Positions 37,331 through 50,335 of a stretch of DNA of 64,000 nucleotides are shown one piece after another. Under the pieces are notes generated by a model. It saw nothing but the letters and a program-made list of their open reading frames with translations. It ran no database searches and had not been told where the DNA came from. Origin of the DNA: Geosiphon pyriformis uo1 (lineage: Eukaryota > Fungi > Glomeromycota); contig JAAOMT010000672.1 of the NCBI GenBank assembly GCA_016748015.1, positions 257,094 to 321,093 of the forward strand, read 5' to 3'. Numbering within the stretch: position 1 is the first letter of the stretch; each line of letters opens with the position of its first letter. Position numbers and translations under genes: made by a program.

Positions 37331-40250
37331 TTTGGAATTTCAGTAAAGGATTCTTGAAAAGGAATTCAAGTTTTTATCCTACTTTTTGAATTAATATAAT
37401 TAGATACTCTGTGTTTCAATGGGAAGACAGGTATAGTTAAAAAATATTTTTCACAAATAAAGAATAATTTTAGTACGCAGCCACATTTCGCCTATTTGAT
37501 ATTCGTTATAGAACTTGCATTATTACCAAAAAAGGCCAATGCATGCAGAAGATTGTAAACTTTTTAGGTAGAAATTTGGTATTAAAAATTAAAGCGGCTT
37601 TGAGTGAGGCATTTGGCGTTTTTTTTTAAGCTTTCATAGCCTTTACATCTATCATTTTTTGATATGATTATTCATAATTAAAAATTCTTAAATATGCAAA
37701 AACAATTAAATGTACAAAGTATTTATTTCATTGATAAAATTGAGATTAATTACTATTAATTATTGGTAATAAATGATTGATAAATGATAAAAAATCAAAA
37801 TCACCTATTTTTTAATGTTAACTTTAAAAAAATTTTAACCTCCAATATATAAAACACTTTTTAACTTTATTATGTATTTATTAGAAAATTTTTAGATGCT
37901 ATTATTTAAAATTTTCTTGAAATCTAGAATAATAAAATATGGCTATTGAAAATTTTCACATTGATAAATCTAGTTTTCATTTTTAATGACTTGAGAAAAT
38001 AATTATAACAGTCACTGCAAAAATTTAATTTGATTGTTTGCTATACAATCGTCAAGAAAAAATGTTAAATATCTTTGTAGATTATCAGGGCTCGTTTTAT
38101 CCTTTGAATCGAGTTTATTGGCACTCAAAGATTCAAGTTTTCTCATAAGCCACCTAATTGACAATAGATCTTTCCAAAAATGCAGGGTACAAGATTTACC
38201 ATGCAGTTTCCAAGACTTTCTTGTAATACAAACAATTTCTTAAAAGTTCTCAGCCTTTCATTGATAATTTTTTAGAAATTTCGTTTTTCCAAAAACTTGG
38301 GCAAGCTAACAAATATCAACTCTAAGGCAATCTTTATTCGGAAAATTTCTCACCTAGTTCAAGTTTGATACCAAAAGATTTATAAATTGAAAAAAAAATT
38401 GCTTGTATAATTTCATAAGGTATGAGCATATTTAAATTAATTTTTTTCTTCAAAGGTTGGACAAATTTTAATACACACATACAAGCTCTGATTCTTTCTA
38501 CCTTTCTTTTAGGGGACTGATATGAGACTTTTGGCAAATAGTCATCCAATTTTTGACTGTTCATTTTGCAAATTTGAAAAAGAGTCGCGAAAATAAACAG
38601 GTATAGACTGATCAGTTGACCTGGTAATAGATAAAAGACTTGAAAATTTTGCAGAGATAAAGCATGGAAATTTCGACTTGTACTAAAACAACAAATACAA
38701 TAATTTTTATCAAGTTTTACGAATCAAAACGACCTCATTATTGTCGGAAAGTCAAGGTTCGATTGGTTTTATATTGTATTTCATTAAAACAGTTTTAAGT
38801 TTTCAATGTTTTATCGCTACATATGATAAGCCACCTATAAATAAGTGTATCAATTTCAAAGATTTGGATTTCCTAGAAGAACCCTTTAACCTTGCATGTT
38901 GAATGTTTTAACTACACTAAGATTTAAAAAAAAGTTATGGTTAGAAATTGAATTTATCTAAATACAATAATAATATTGTGTCTTAAATTTAGATTTTTAT
39001 TTTATAGAATGATATTCTCGTCCGAATTGTTGAAAACAAGAATTAAGTTAAAACTTGACTTGAATCAAAAAAAAATCTATCAATGAAATTTCAAATGATG
39101 CAAATTATTCAAGAATCCAACTAATGGCTTTACATTAAATTTTGTTTGTTTGTTTGTTTGTTCTCATCATACATATTGTCTGTGACATATATGTTATTAT
39201 TAGACCATTAAAATCTACACTCTACCACTCGGCTGATAGAATATTAACATATTTCACTTTTACAAATCTCTTTACTCTTTTCATCAAAAATGGAAATTTT
39301 TTCCCAATGATCAAATTGCAAAACTATAAAACTTAATATGATGTTTCACAACCAGATAAAAGTAGCGTTTCTCGATTTCATTGGTTGGCATTAGAGTCAA
39401 ATGTGAGATTTTACTTAAAACACTTACGTAGTACTTTATCATAATTATAAACTACGTCAAATGGATATCTTTCACCTTTTTCAATTATATAATATTCATA
39501 AAAATTTTTAATTCATCCTGGCGATGAAGATACAATATAAGAACTGTTTCAATATACAGAATGAATGCCCTCAGCCATTGCAGCAGATTTTGAATATTTA
39601 CAAGGTATCCGAGGTTAATGTATTCATTCATTGTTACCTTCCACCAGATTTGAGTATCAAAGCTGTGGTATGAGATTTAGTTTTTCAAGTTCATTCAAAA
39701 CGTATTCCTTTGTTTTTCAAGTTCATTCAAGATGAACAAAATTAATCACATGATTTTTATTTGGTGAATTCTGCAAGTTCCATCAATTAGGTTATATATT
39801 TTTTTGAAGACTCGAATAAGCATTTAATAATCATACTTTTTTTGGTATTTTTCATAATTTGCTTTGAGATTCAATTCCACTATCATTTATGCCTAAAATG
39901 TTTTTATATTTCAATCTTATTCAAATTAAATCCACATTATCAGATCAAATGCACATTATCAGAAAGGTACCTTGGGTGGTAGAAACTTTCTTAGATGTTG
40001 GTATTTTGAGTTACTACAACTTATCAAGTTGTTATTTAAGATATTCCGTTATTTAATGGTCGGTGGTGTTATAATTTAGAAGTATCTCAGGGGTCTGATT
40101 TTACTGTAAATGAGCCCCAAACAAATTTACAAAAATTAAAGGTTTTTTGATAAAGTAAAAAAAAAAGAACTAATAAAATTAGATAAGAAAATTATCGTTA
40201 ACCCTTTAAAAATATTGCGGCGGCTTTTCTTTTTCAATCATTTTCTTAGG

Positions 40251-41029
40251 TTAGTTGGTTGGAGTGAAATTCATTGCCAAGTGGACTTCACCATGGCTGC
40301 TCAGGCCAAACATACCCGGTAATTTGACCCATCGGTCAACTTGCCCTCTTTGAAACACGTCTTGTAAGTCGACTTTCGCCGTACCAATCTATAATTAAAA
40401 AAAATTAGCCAAATATTTTTGTGAAAAAGGAGGATCATATTTGAGAATATAGGATGATACCGTGTCATCCGATGTAGCAACGTCTGAATCTAGAACTCGA
40501 ATGTGAAGGATATGTTTTTTATGGTTTGGTATGTTACTATTCCAAAGAAACGTTAGATGTTGGCAATGTGACCACAAATTGCATTCAAATATAGAAATTC
40601 AGAAGAAATATATTCACAAATGGAAAGTCTCATTCCATATGGGATTAAGTGTATTATCCTTAGTAGTAGTCCGTTGTTTATATTTTTCGTCAATCCAGAG
40701 TTCTACGTATGGGTCACTTTTACCTTAGGTTTTAGTTGGATCAAGAATTATTAAATAAGAAATAAGGAATTAAAATTTCTTTAGAAATCAAGAATTTAAT
40801 CAAACTAACTTACCAACAATATCCTTATCAGTTAATTCTCTTGCCTCGACTGTGCAATGACAAAAAACCATAATTAATTAATATGACATAGCCAGAATTC
40901 AATTTTTCAAAGAACCAATCTCTCTCAACTTGACACCATCTTAAAAGTTTTGAACATACCAACACACACCCTCAGTTCCCCTTTTCCACCTTTAGGGCCA
41001 CCCATTAAATTGGAGACTTTAGAAAACAT
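40251..41029 (-). CDS. Single C2-domain (Ca2+/phospholipid-binding) protein, ~141 aa
   Basis: Exons 41029-40960, 40849-40814, 40723-40618, 40536-40461 and 40388-40251. Translation includes LRVCVVEARELTDKDIVGKSDPYVEL...TLNPIWNETFHF...IRVLDSDVATSDDTIGTAKVDL, with Ca-ligand Asp residues present. Mostly absent from the ORF track. Confidence 0.9.
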
Positions 41030-41639
41030 TTTTGCCCAAAGAATTTGATATATATTTTTTTCAATATTTTTACTTTCTTCTATATTTGAATAGTACAATA
41101 TTTCTATCGAATTTTAAGCCAAAAACAAATACATTTTATAATTTTTATGGTGAGAATAAGAGTTGTAATCATTAGATCATTAATTAATTGAAATTAATCA
41201 TCATATCATTGATTGTTTGAAATTAATCATCATGATGTCATAACATGAAATTATTTAAATCGATTAAAAAAATGACAATAAAGACACGCAACAAAATCTT
41301 GGCATTATTTATTTAAAAGAATATTACAAAGGTAAAGTGTCATTGTAAACATTTTGAAAAAATACATATGATAAATACTTGTATATTATAATGAATTAAA
41401 AACTTTATGGTTACATATGTATAAACATAAAAATTTTATAATTTGAAAACGAAAATCTTGGTTTTTATTAATAATAAAAATTTTTTTTTCGAATTTTTCA
41501 AAAAGAATAAAACTAAAAATATAAATTTTTGTTGATATAATATAATATAATATAATTATTTTATTTATTAATGATATAAAAATAGTTTAGTTAATTATTT
41601 TATTTATTAAATAACAAATAGTAAAATTTTACTTGGAAT

Positions 41640-41640
<1 letters not shown>

Positions 41641-41700
<60 letters not shown>
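41641..41700. repeat. (ATA)20 microsatellite
   Basis: Read directly from the sequence. Confidence 0.9.
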
Positions 41701-41704
<4 letters not shown>

Positions 41705-42530
41705 TACGAGTACCAATTTTCAAATTAAAATATTTTAAAAATAGTTTCATCTTTTTTTAAATATAATGAATAAAACTAATCTATTTTTATTGTTAATTAT
41801 ATACATATTTTTATTTGAAAATTGTTCAAAATTTATACTAATATATAACCTGTTTTCGATTTTTTTTTTTTTGCAGAATAGAAAGGGAGAAAAAGAATTT
41901 TCTGATAACATAAGGAAAAGATTCTTATTATGACCAGGAAAAAGAAATATAAGAATCAATTTTTAATAGTTTGAAATGTATATATATATATTGTATTTTG
42001 AACAAATAGAAATCTTTTGTTAGAAATGATTAAACATTGATTTTAAATACGTTGTTTGTGCATTTAACAGTTATAAAAAAAAACCCCTTGAATTCTTTAA
42101 GGACAAAAAGGTCGTCATATATCAAAATAATTTTCAAAAATTTTTATTCTCAAAGGAAACTCTAAATTGAAATATTAAAAAAATTTACGAAAAATATGTA
42201 AATTCTCGTAATATTTTCTGCATTTTTTAAAAGTCTTTCAATAAAAGTGATAAAAAAACTATATTTTTCACTTTTAAAATTGAAAAAAAAAAAGATAATA
42301 TTCTTCAATTATAAAGATATTTATCATATTACTTGAATTTCAAATCATAGACTTACTTAATAAAAACTCCATATATATATAGAGTAACTAAAAATTCTTC
42401 ACTTCAAACTTTTTCTCATACCTTTAAATGTCAAACTTTTATTTCTACCATTAACTACACTCTTGAATATAATCTTATTTTCATTTTAATAAAATTAATT
42501 GGCAATTTAACTAATTCGAATCTTTGATAT

Positions 42531-42917
42531 ATGGCCCAAGTTTCAATTAGAAATCGTAAAAATAGTAATATTAATTATTATTATTATGATTTTGAAATTT
42601 TAACGGCTCGTCGGGAATCTTTAAAAAATTTTGCCTCACCACAATTCATATCTTTAAGAAAAGGTATAGAATTTCAATGAACGTATAGTTTGAGGATAAA
42701 CTATGATTTAAATTTTCAAACACTAATCCATCAAAAATTTATTTTATTCAAACAGAAAATAACAAGAATCTTCAAATATATCAAAATGCTCGATTAAGTT
42801 CTTCAATAAATTCTATCTTTTCCATAGCCGAATCGGTAATTGATAAATTCCCATACCCACCTTCAATTCCAATTTCCAGTCCAATTATTTCAGATTTTGG
42901 ATTCAAAGCCGATTTAG
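42531..42917 (+). CDS. Possible small spliced hypothetical gene or gene relic
   Basis: ATG at 42531 (MAQVSIRNRKN...SLRK), donor after 42663 and acceptor at 42755 in a compatible phase. The 3' structure is ambiguous and no motif was recognised. Confidence 0.25.
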
Positions 42918-44722
42918 CCCCTAAAAATTTTATGAAAATCAAACAGCTGAAAGCTACAAAAAATGACTCTATTTCATTTTTACGGGGTCTAATGTCTAAA
43001 GCCCCGAAATCTCATTCTCTAGGCTCCAAAGAGTTTTCTTCGAGTATGCTTTTTACCAGCAACTCTAATACAATCTCTGCACAATCCTCAAGTACGTATT
43101 AATGATTGATTTTTCATATAAAAGAACTAAAAGTGTATAAATATTAACCCAATCAGTAACTTATTTTTTTTTGTTTTTGTTTTCTCAAAATATTTTTATG
43201 ATTTTTGAAATAAGATCAATCAACCAAAGTTCAAGATGACAACAAAAATAAGAAAGTCAAAAAAAAGTGCGGTCTTAAGATTCTAATCGGAAGACAACTT
43301 AATCGAGTATGGTTTAATAATTTTTGCAAACCCAGATTGTAAGAATTATTCGTAATTTTGAAGGAAAAAGAGGAATATAGTGGTAAGAGTTAAAAAATGA
43401 AATTTGAGTAAATAATTACCCATAAAAAATGATATAGTTATTATGACTATTTGATTAATTAGCTTTTCAAAAATTCAATACTATCGAAAATTCTAAATAT
43501 AATTTTTTTATGTGTTTTTCTGTAATAAGATTAAATTATTTTGGGACGTATTTTTCTAAAAAATAGGTTTTATTTCGAAATCCTAAAAATATAATTATCT
43601 TTACAATGAGAAAATATTTCATTTTCTGCTTTTTTATTAAATTTAAGTAATCGAAAAAAGAAAGTAGGCTCGAATACAACAAAAAAAGAAATTTCATCAT
43701 GCACAACAATATTTGAAAGAGAACTGGGTTAAATTTTTAACTGTTTTTCAACCATCAAAATTAAATAAAGTGTCGATAATTTTTTGGATATTTTGAATGG
43801 GGGGGGGGGGAGGGAGGGGAACTAAATTAATATTCTTTTCAAGTTTTCATCTACACTATTGAATAAGGTGATCTTGAATGTCTTTTAATGCCAACTATTC
43901 AAGTATCCCACTACTTGATAAATTAGAACTTTTTAAGACCTTTTCCACAGTTAAAAAAATAGATTACTATATCTTGATTCTATAACAGGGGGGGTCGACA
44001 TTCTATTCTGATCAGACATGGGGGGTTATTTGTCAAATTTTACCTGCTTTGCGATTGTGTTTATGACCATTTGCTTATCTTGTGCCTATGAAAATATGCC
44101 GAGCAATGGCTAGATCTAGATATGAAAATGAAGCAAACGTACACGTATATGCATATTATAACAATGAAATTCTTCCTTTTTGTTTCCTTTAATGAGTTCC
44201 CAAGTGTTTCTACTACTATAATTTTTAATTTTCTTCTGATTTTCGATTAAAATAATTTGTGGTATGGGATTTTTTTTAAAAAAAGCTTTTGCTTTTGACA
44301 AATTTGGTTAGAACTTTTCTTGTGTAAAAAAACGATTATTGAAGGTTTGCTGACATGTTAATAATTTGCTATTCGCTTCCCTTTTTTATTTGCTTATACT
44401 CAAGGCTTAACCTGCTACATAATTTTTTATGATTTGTTTGTTAATTCGCTCAGATCTCAATTTTGTATGATACGAATTCAATAACTTATATAAATCATAA
44501 ATCTTAATATGCTAACATAAATTTACTTTTTTCAATTTTTAATCAATTTCCAATATTACAATTAAAAGTTTTTGGTAATAGAGAAATAATTTGTGAATAT
44601 TTAATAAAAATAGTACAATTGAAATAACTTTATATTTCAGCCACGGGGAAAATAGGATTTAATCGGATCCTTTTATATATGCCCTTTCAAGATCAAAGAA
44701 AAAAGTTGATGGTAGAGAGTAA

Positions 44723-45966
44723 CTAGCCTTGTAGGTGGTTAAGGAGGTTTAGAAGGTATAGAAGAATTCTTTCTGACATTTTCCAGGTTTCCAATAAGTT
44801 GTACCGCGCTATTCTTATGAGATTCTTGATGATTTGAATTACTTGGATAACAACTGATTTCAGAGTAGATGTTTTAGGCTGGGAGATAACTTGCGCTTCG
44901 TAAACTTTGTCCACTTTTTCTTCATGACTATGTTGTTTAATTAAAGTTAAACTTTCAGTCTATAAATGATATCAAACAATATTCAGTTAAGATAATTATA
45001 GATAAACAAATTTTGTCATAAAAACTTATAACCAGATCTCACTCGCTCCATAATTAGTTTCTGTTTAATTCTCTGGCTATTATCATAACGTGATACAGCT
45101 TCCATCCATCCCTCGTATGGTTCATGATCAGAACCTCGGAGTCTTTTTATCTTTTTTAATTCATCCCATGGATCGCACCCAACTGAAGAGAGGTATACAA
45201 GACACATAGCAACAGAGCGTGAGTGTCCTGCTGTGCAGTGTACGAGGACTCGACCACCATCAGATTTGACTCGATTTATGTAATTAATGAAAGGCTAGTG
45301 TGATGAAAAGAGAAAAAATCAGTAATCTTCCTTATTTTTGTCAATGATTTAAAGAAAACTAATTTTTACCTCAAAGTAATTGGAAATGTCCACATCACTC
45401 TCATCAGGAAAATACAAACGTAGATAGCGTGGTTGCCAGTCAGTGATACCTTCTTCTTCAATATCCTCTCTTCGCAACCAGAAGGGTTTGCATTCAGCCA
45501 TGTGAACAATATTTGTTATGCTAGCATCTCGGAGTATGTAGGGATTAGCGGCGGGGATAACATTTGAGAGGTAAAGCAAATCTTTAACCAACTCAATAGG
45601 GCCAAATCCGGATCTTTTTTTTCCCCACTTATGGAGTCCTAGCAATGGGTTATTATCTGGCCAGTCAATCGGCTCTTCCTAAATTTCAAAGAATTATTCA
45701 AAAGTAGAAAGCAAATTGTTGCTAAAATATTTCTTTTAGGATTAGAAATTTTCAATTTTAATGAATTTTAATCTTTGGATTTATCTAATCTTTCATAGTC
45801 TTTAACTATTTTGAGAAAACAGAAAGGCAAATTTTCATTGCAAATAAAACCTTATCATTGTAAATAAAACCTTATCATTGTCACATACCCAGTCTTCATC
45901 GAGTTCGACAAAGTAAGGAGCAAATTTGTCGACTGTGCTCCATGGAATATTTTGGAAAAGAGCCAT
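44723..45966 (-). CDS. Dual-specificity protein phosphatase (DSPc), ~291 aa
   Basis: Exons 45966-45889, 45678-45370, 45294-45043 and 44959-44723. Has LYLSN...ITNIVHMA, an acid loop PDESDVDISNYF and catalytic loop VLVHCTAGHSRS (HCxxGxxRS). Confidence 0.9.
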
Positions 45967-46769
45967 TTTAAAAACCAGGTAGAGGTAGACCTCTAAAAAT
46001 TAAGTTGACGATTTTATGCTCAGAAGAACAATCACAAGGCTCTAGTGATGGGCTGATTAATTTTAGTCGGTCTAGATGATAAAATTTGTGTTCTCTTTAT
46101 CTTTGCAACAATATCCTTCTTCCCGCAAATCATAAACTCAACTGATTCATTTTGACTAATCAATATGAGGGATTTTTTAAAAAGATTTTAGCTCATTAAT
46201 TTTTAGAGGTTATTGCATTAATGAACCGTGAATATTGTTACACATAAAAAGCCTCAAAGGAATGATGTTCATATTCATTTTTATTTTTTTCGCGAGCCTT
46301 TTAAAAAGATTAAAAAATAAACTTAAAGTTTTAACTTTGACAAATTTAATTTATTCATCGATATTGCAACTGGGCTTTTTAGAAGATTGATAATTATTTT
46401 AAAGGATTTCAGCTCTACAAGGTGAAAGGGTCGTCTAAAGTGCGAGATTAAGATACTAACAAAGTATATACAGAAAAGGATTTGTGAACTAAAGTAGCTA
46501 TTGATGAAATCTAAAATGCATGAGGAATGGTGTAATTTTTAGGTCTTTTCAATCAAGAAAAAGTGACAAAGGATTTTATTCCTCTTGAAATAATTAAAGT
46601 AATATAGGCAATATATAAGACTTGCGCCGACTAAATGTTTTTTTCCAAGACATTGAAATCGAAAAGATTTGGCCAAATGAGAATAATGAAGCTTTGTCAT
46701 AAATGCAATCAAATACGTGATAACCTCTGAAATCCTCAAGAAAATTCACCGTCAAGGATTCTTTATATC

Positions 46770-48105
46770 CTATGCCGCTTCATCAGTTTTAACAATTGTA
46801 GGGCTATCATTGCCCGGCTCCAAAAATGAAACACGTTGACTTGGAACTAACGTTGCACTGCCAGCATGAATACTCGTCGATTCTTCCGAAGACAGTGAGC
46901 TTCGAGCCTCGGTAAAGGTGTGAATATTCATGTTAAGGCTCATTTGCCTATGATTTTTACCGCTGATTGAAGATCGTCGTTCTGACATGGAAATTATAGT
47001 TCGATGGTGTTTGATTTTTGGGACAAAGCCAAGGATTGGCCTTACTGATACTATATTTCTTGTTATCCCGTATATTATGCTGTTTAATATTCCAGCTGAA
47101 GTAAATATACAACCTGCAAATATTAAGCTAGAACAAAATTGGTAAAAGTTTAAAATAGAAACTCCAACCTTAAAAGCAATAAGTATGAAATGACAGTGAC
47201 TTACTATGAAAAGGGCAATTGCTGATTTCTAAGAGCAAGGAAACGTTCTTGAAAAGGCAAAGATTTTCTTCAATGTAAATATTTCATTTGTAACAAATTT
47301 CTAAAAATTCGAATTCTTTGAGAAAAGTTGATCATAAACTTACGCAAAGCCAACGGAAGCACAAGAATTACATAGCCAACGGGATAATAAATCATTTTCC
47401 TTCCAGTCTTTTGCAATATTCGTTTTGTCGTTTCCATTCTTATTGTTCCTTGACGTTTATAAATGATCATAAACATCATAGCGTATAGCAATATCATTAC
47501 GGTTGCCAAGATAAGAATTATCCCGTAATGTAAGACGATTCGATGGTCAGGATAATTAGGGGATATCCAGCACCAAGCACCATCGGCTGAAGCATAAAAT
47601 GGTTTCTTTGGTTTTTGAAACAGGTAGCCGCTCAAAGCGAGTAAGATATTGCAAGGCCAAATAAAAGCCATAGATAGTTCTAGATACCATTTTGGTTCAT
47701 GGCTATGGACCACCATTGTATACGTGTGAAGACAAATACAAGTTGCCCAAAAACCTAATGTCGAAGATTAATTGGATCAGCGAAAAGAAAAAAGGAGGAT
47801 AATTTCCCAATTGAAAATGAAAAATCATTTTACAAACCAGAAGCTACGTCACCAATCTGGATGAGAATCCCTTGAATTTCACAATATTTGTTTTGTTGAA
47901 TTCCACCTTTAATAAGCCAAGTGTAACTCATCATGAAACCAAGACTTTGGAGCCAATCCGAAGCTAATAAATTTAGGACTAGACGACCAACAGTCTTGTT
48001 TGAGCTAGAATGTGTGGCAATCCAAATCAACATAATGGTCACTGCTATATTACTTATAGTACTAAAAGTAAGGATGGCTATTATCCCTTTGGTATTCTCG
48101 TTCAT
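46770..48105 (-). CDS. 7-TM GPCR, Git3/cAMP-receptor-like, ~359 aa
   Basis: Exons 48105-47838, 47754-47344, 47247-47205 and 47127-46770. Seven hydrophobic segments; motifs LNLLASDWLQSLGF, CEIQG...GDVAS, GAWCWI, KMIYYPVGY, GILNSIIYG; Ser-rich C-tail. Confidence 0.87.
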
Positions 48106-49401
48106 GATTGGAAATTTTTAATGTTTTGTTTAGTTCAACAGAAATTGAACTTTGGAGCAAGAGCGAACAAAGTGAAATCAGAATAATCCCCTTTTTGTTT
48201 AAATCTGTAGGCCTTTTCTAAAAGATTTGAAAATCAGGCATTATATTTTATTATTCTAGAAATTCAATGCATCAATTAGCAAGCTAAAAATTACCCAATA
48301 ATCTCAAAGCAAATAAAGCTCGGTGGTCAATTTCGGCACAAATTCCAACCTTTCTTTGAACTCAATAGAGCGGAATAAAAACTTTTGGAGGTTCAATAGT
48401 AGACGCTTATGAAGTTTACTTGGCAGCAATAGTAAAATAACAAATTCAGTTGTCTGGAAATTTTGGCGTATATGGCTATGAGAAGTGGTTTTAAGCGTCT
48501 ATAATGGTGAGGAAATTGTCAAATTTGTGGTGAGAAAGGAAAATATAAAGAAGAATAAAGATTTTTTCCTTATTCCAATTACATGCTTTACTTTACCTGC
48601 ACCGAGTAAAAAAGGTGTTTATTCTGATAGTGAGAGTGGTGGTGTGCGATAATCAAATTTTTTTGATAAATTCTAAAAATATCAACAATTTAATATTTTC
48701 AAAAACCCTTTGAAGAAATTGGTGTGCAAAGCTTTTCTCATAAAAAAACTTTGATTTTTTTTTTCCACTAATTCTATATCATATCTTTTATAAACCTTTC
48801 ATCAAACTATTAATTTTATGTGATACCGAAAAATAAGACTGTATCTTCATAACTATTTAGAAAGCTTTAAGTTGATTAAAGTTTTTCTTCTGGAAGTTTT
48901 TTTTTTTGGAATATTAGGGATTCTACAATATCAAAAAATTTTTAAGAATTTCCGATATTTTTAATTTTGAAAGTCCGTTTTCCCTACTACTAAAACCTTT
49001 GAAGGTGGATAGGAAAAAGGTGAATAAATTATCCTGTAATTTTGAAATTTCCTTAATTCGGATATGATAATTGATTCTACAATACAAACGTGATAATGGG
49101 AAACCACTATGTTTATCATACAACCAAGGGGTCATATACCCTTATTTAATTTTCAAAGATGTTAGTTTCTTTTTTAATTTAAAATTATTTTGAACACCTA
49201 ATATTTATTTTCATCAAATAAATATTTCATTATATATCCGTTTCAAATGTACAAAGAAAAGATTCGCAAAGGATTTACCTATCGCTAAAAGATTTGCCTC
49301 GTTAGTTGATTAGAATTGGCATTACCGAAAAATCAACCACAAATTCCGAAAGTGGTAGTACTGCATGAAATTTGTAGCAGAGAAAAATTTAAACTTCCTA
49401 C

Positions 49402-49449
<48 letters not shown>
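49402..49449. repeat. (CAT)16 microsatellite
   Basis: Read directly from the sequence. Confidence 0.9.
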
Positions 49450-49592
49450 TAAATGTCTAGTTCACGTAACGATAGGATTTTTATGTATAACTCAATAGTA
49501 AAAAGCCAAATTTTTTTCTAGTATAATGTATTTGGAAAATTCGAATAATTTATATAGATAGTAAATTTTTTCAGATATTTTATTTCATTGAG

Positions 49593-49632
49593 AATTGTAT
49601 GGCTTAAAATAATTATTTTAAGCCATACAATT
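49593..49632. repeat. Perfect 40-bp palindrome with no spacer
   Basis: aattgtatggcttaaaataa|ttattttaagccatacaatt. Confidence 0.9.
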
Positions 49633-50293
49633 ATGAATACAATCATATGGACAAATATTTTTTAAGAGTTTAATATTAAAAAAAATATAAAAAAACATGT
49701 ATAAAGTTGTCGTTATTTTTTTCACTTTCAAATATTTTTAAGCATTTTAGTAATTGGTTTAGATATTTTAATAGATTATAATAACATTTAAAATTTTTTA
49801 GCATACTTTTTGAGCATTTAAGATTTCAAATTAGCAGAGAATTTCGTTTATAAATTAATTTATTTAAGGATTAAACTTGCTTTTCTAATGATTAAATAAT
49901 TTTTGAATAAGTTCAAAAAGTCAAAATATGATTAAAAACGTTAAAGCTGACTAACTGACTTATTCTTGTTTAAAAATTGATACACTGAAAAGAATGAGGA
50001 AATTATTAATTAAATTTAGTTAAAGAGTTTTTTGTGACTCAATTTTTTTTTTTTTTAAGAAAATTATAAATAAATATAAAGTGTTGAATTTAACTCCCAA
50101 GAAAAAAAGTTATATCAAAAATTTAAAAAAAATTTCGCTCAAGAGGTTTAAGGAACTTCTTTTTTTTCTGATTTTAAACCAAAGCTTTTAGCTTTTTAGT
50201 CACAAAACCCATTTTTTTTATTTATATTTACCCTAAAATCAATATCATGCTTTGATTTGTTAGAGTGCAGCTTCAGTTCTGTCTTTTAAATAT

Positions 50294-50335
50294 AAAGATA
50301 AAGATAAAGATAAAGATAAAGATAAAGATAAAGAT
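50294..50335. repeat. (AAAGAT)7 microsatellite
   Basis: Read directly from the sequence. Confidence 0.9.

Noticed and set aside
36167-45966. Lipase or dual-specificity phosphatase as tailoring enzymes (for example diphosphate removal)
   Set aside because: They lie 7-15 kb beyond the last cyclase, past a repeat block. Both have ordinary family features, and the lipase appears to be secreted.
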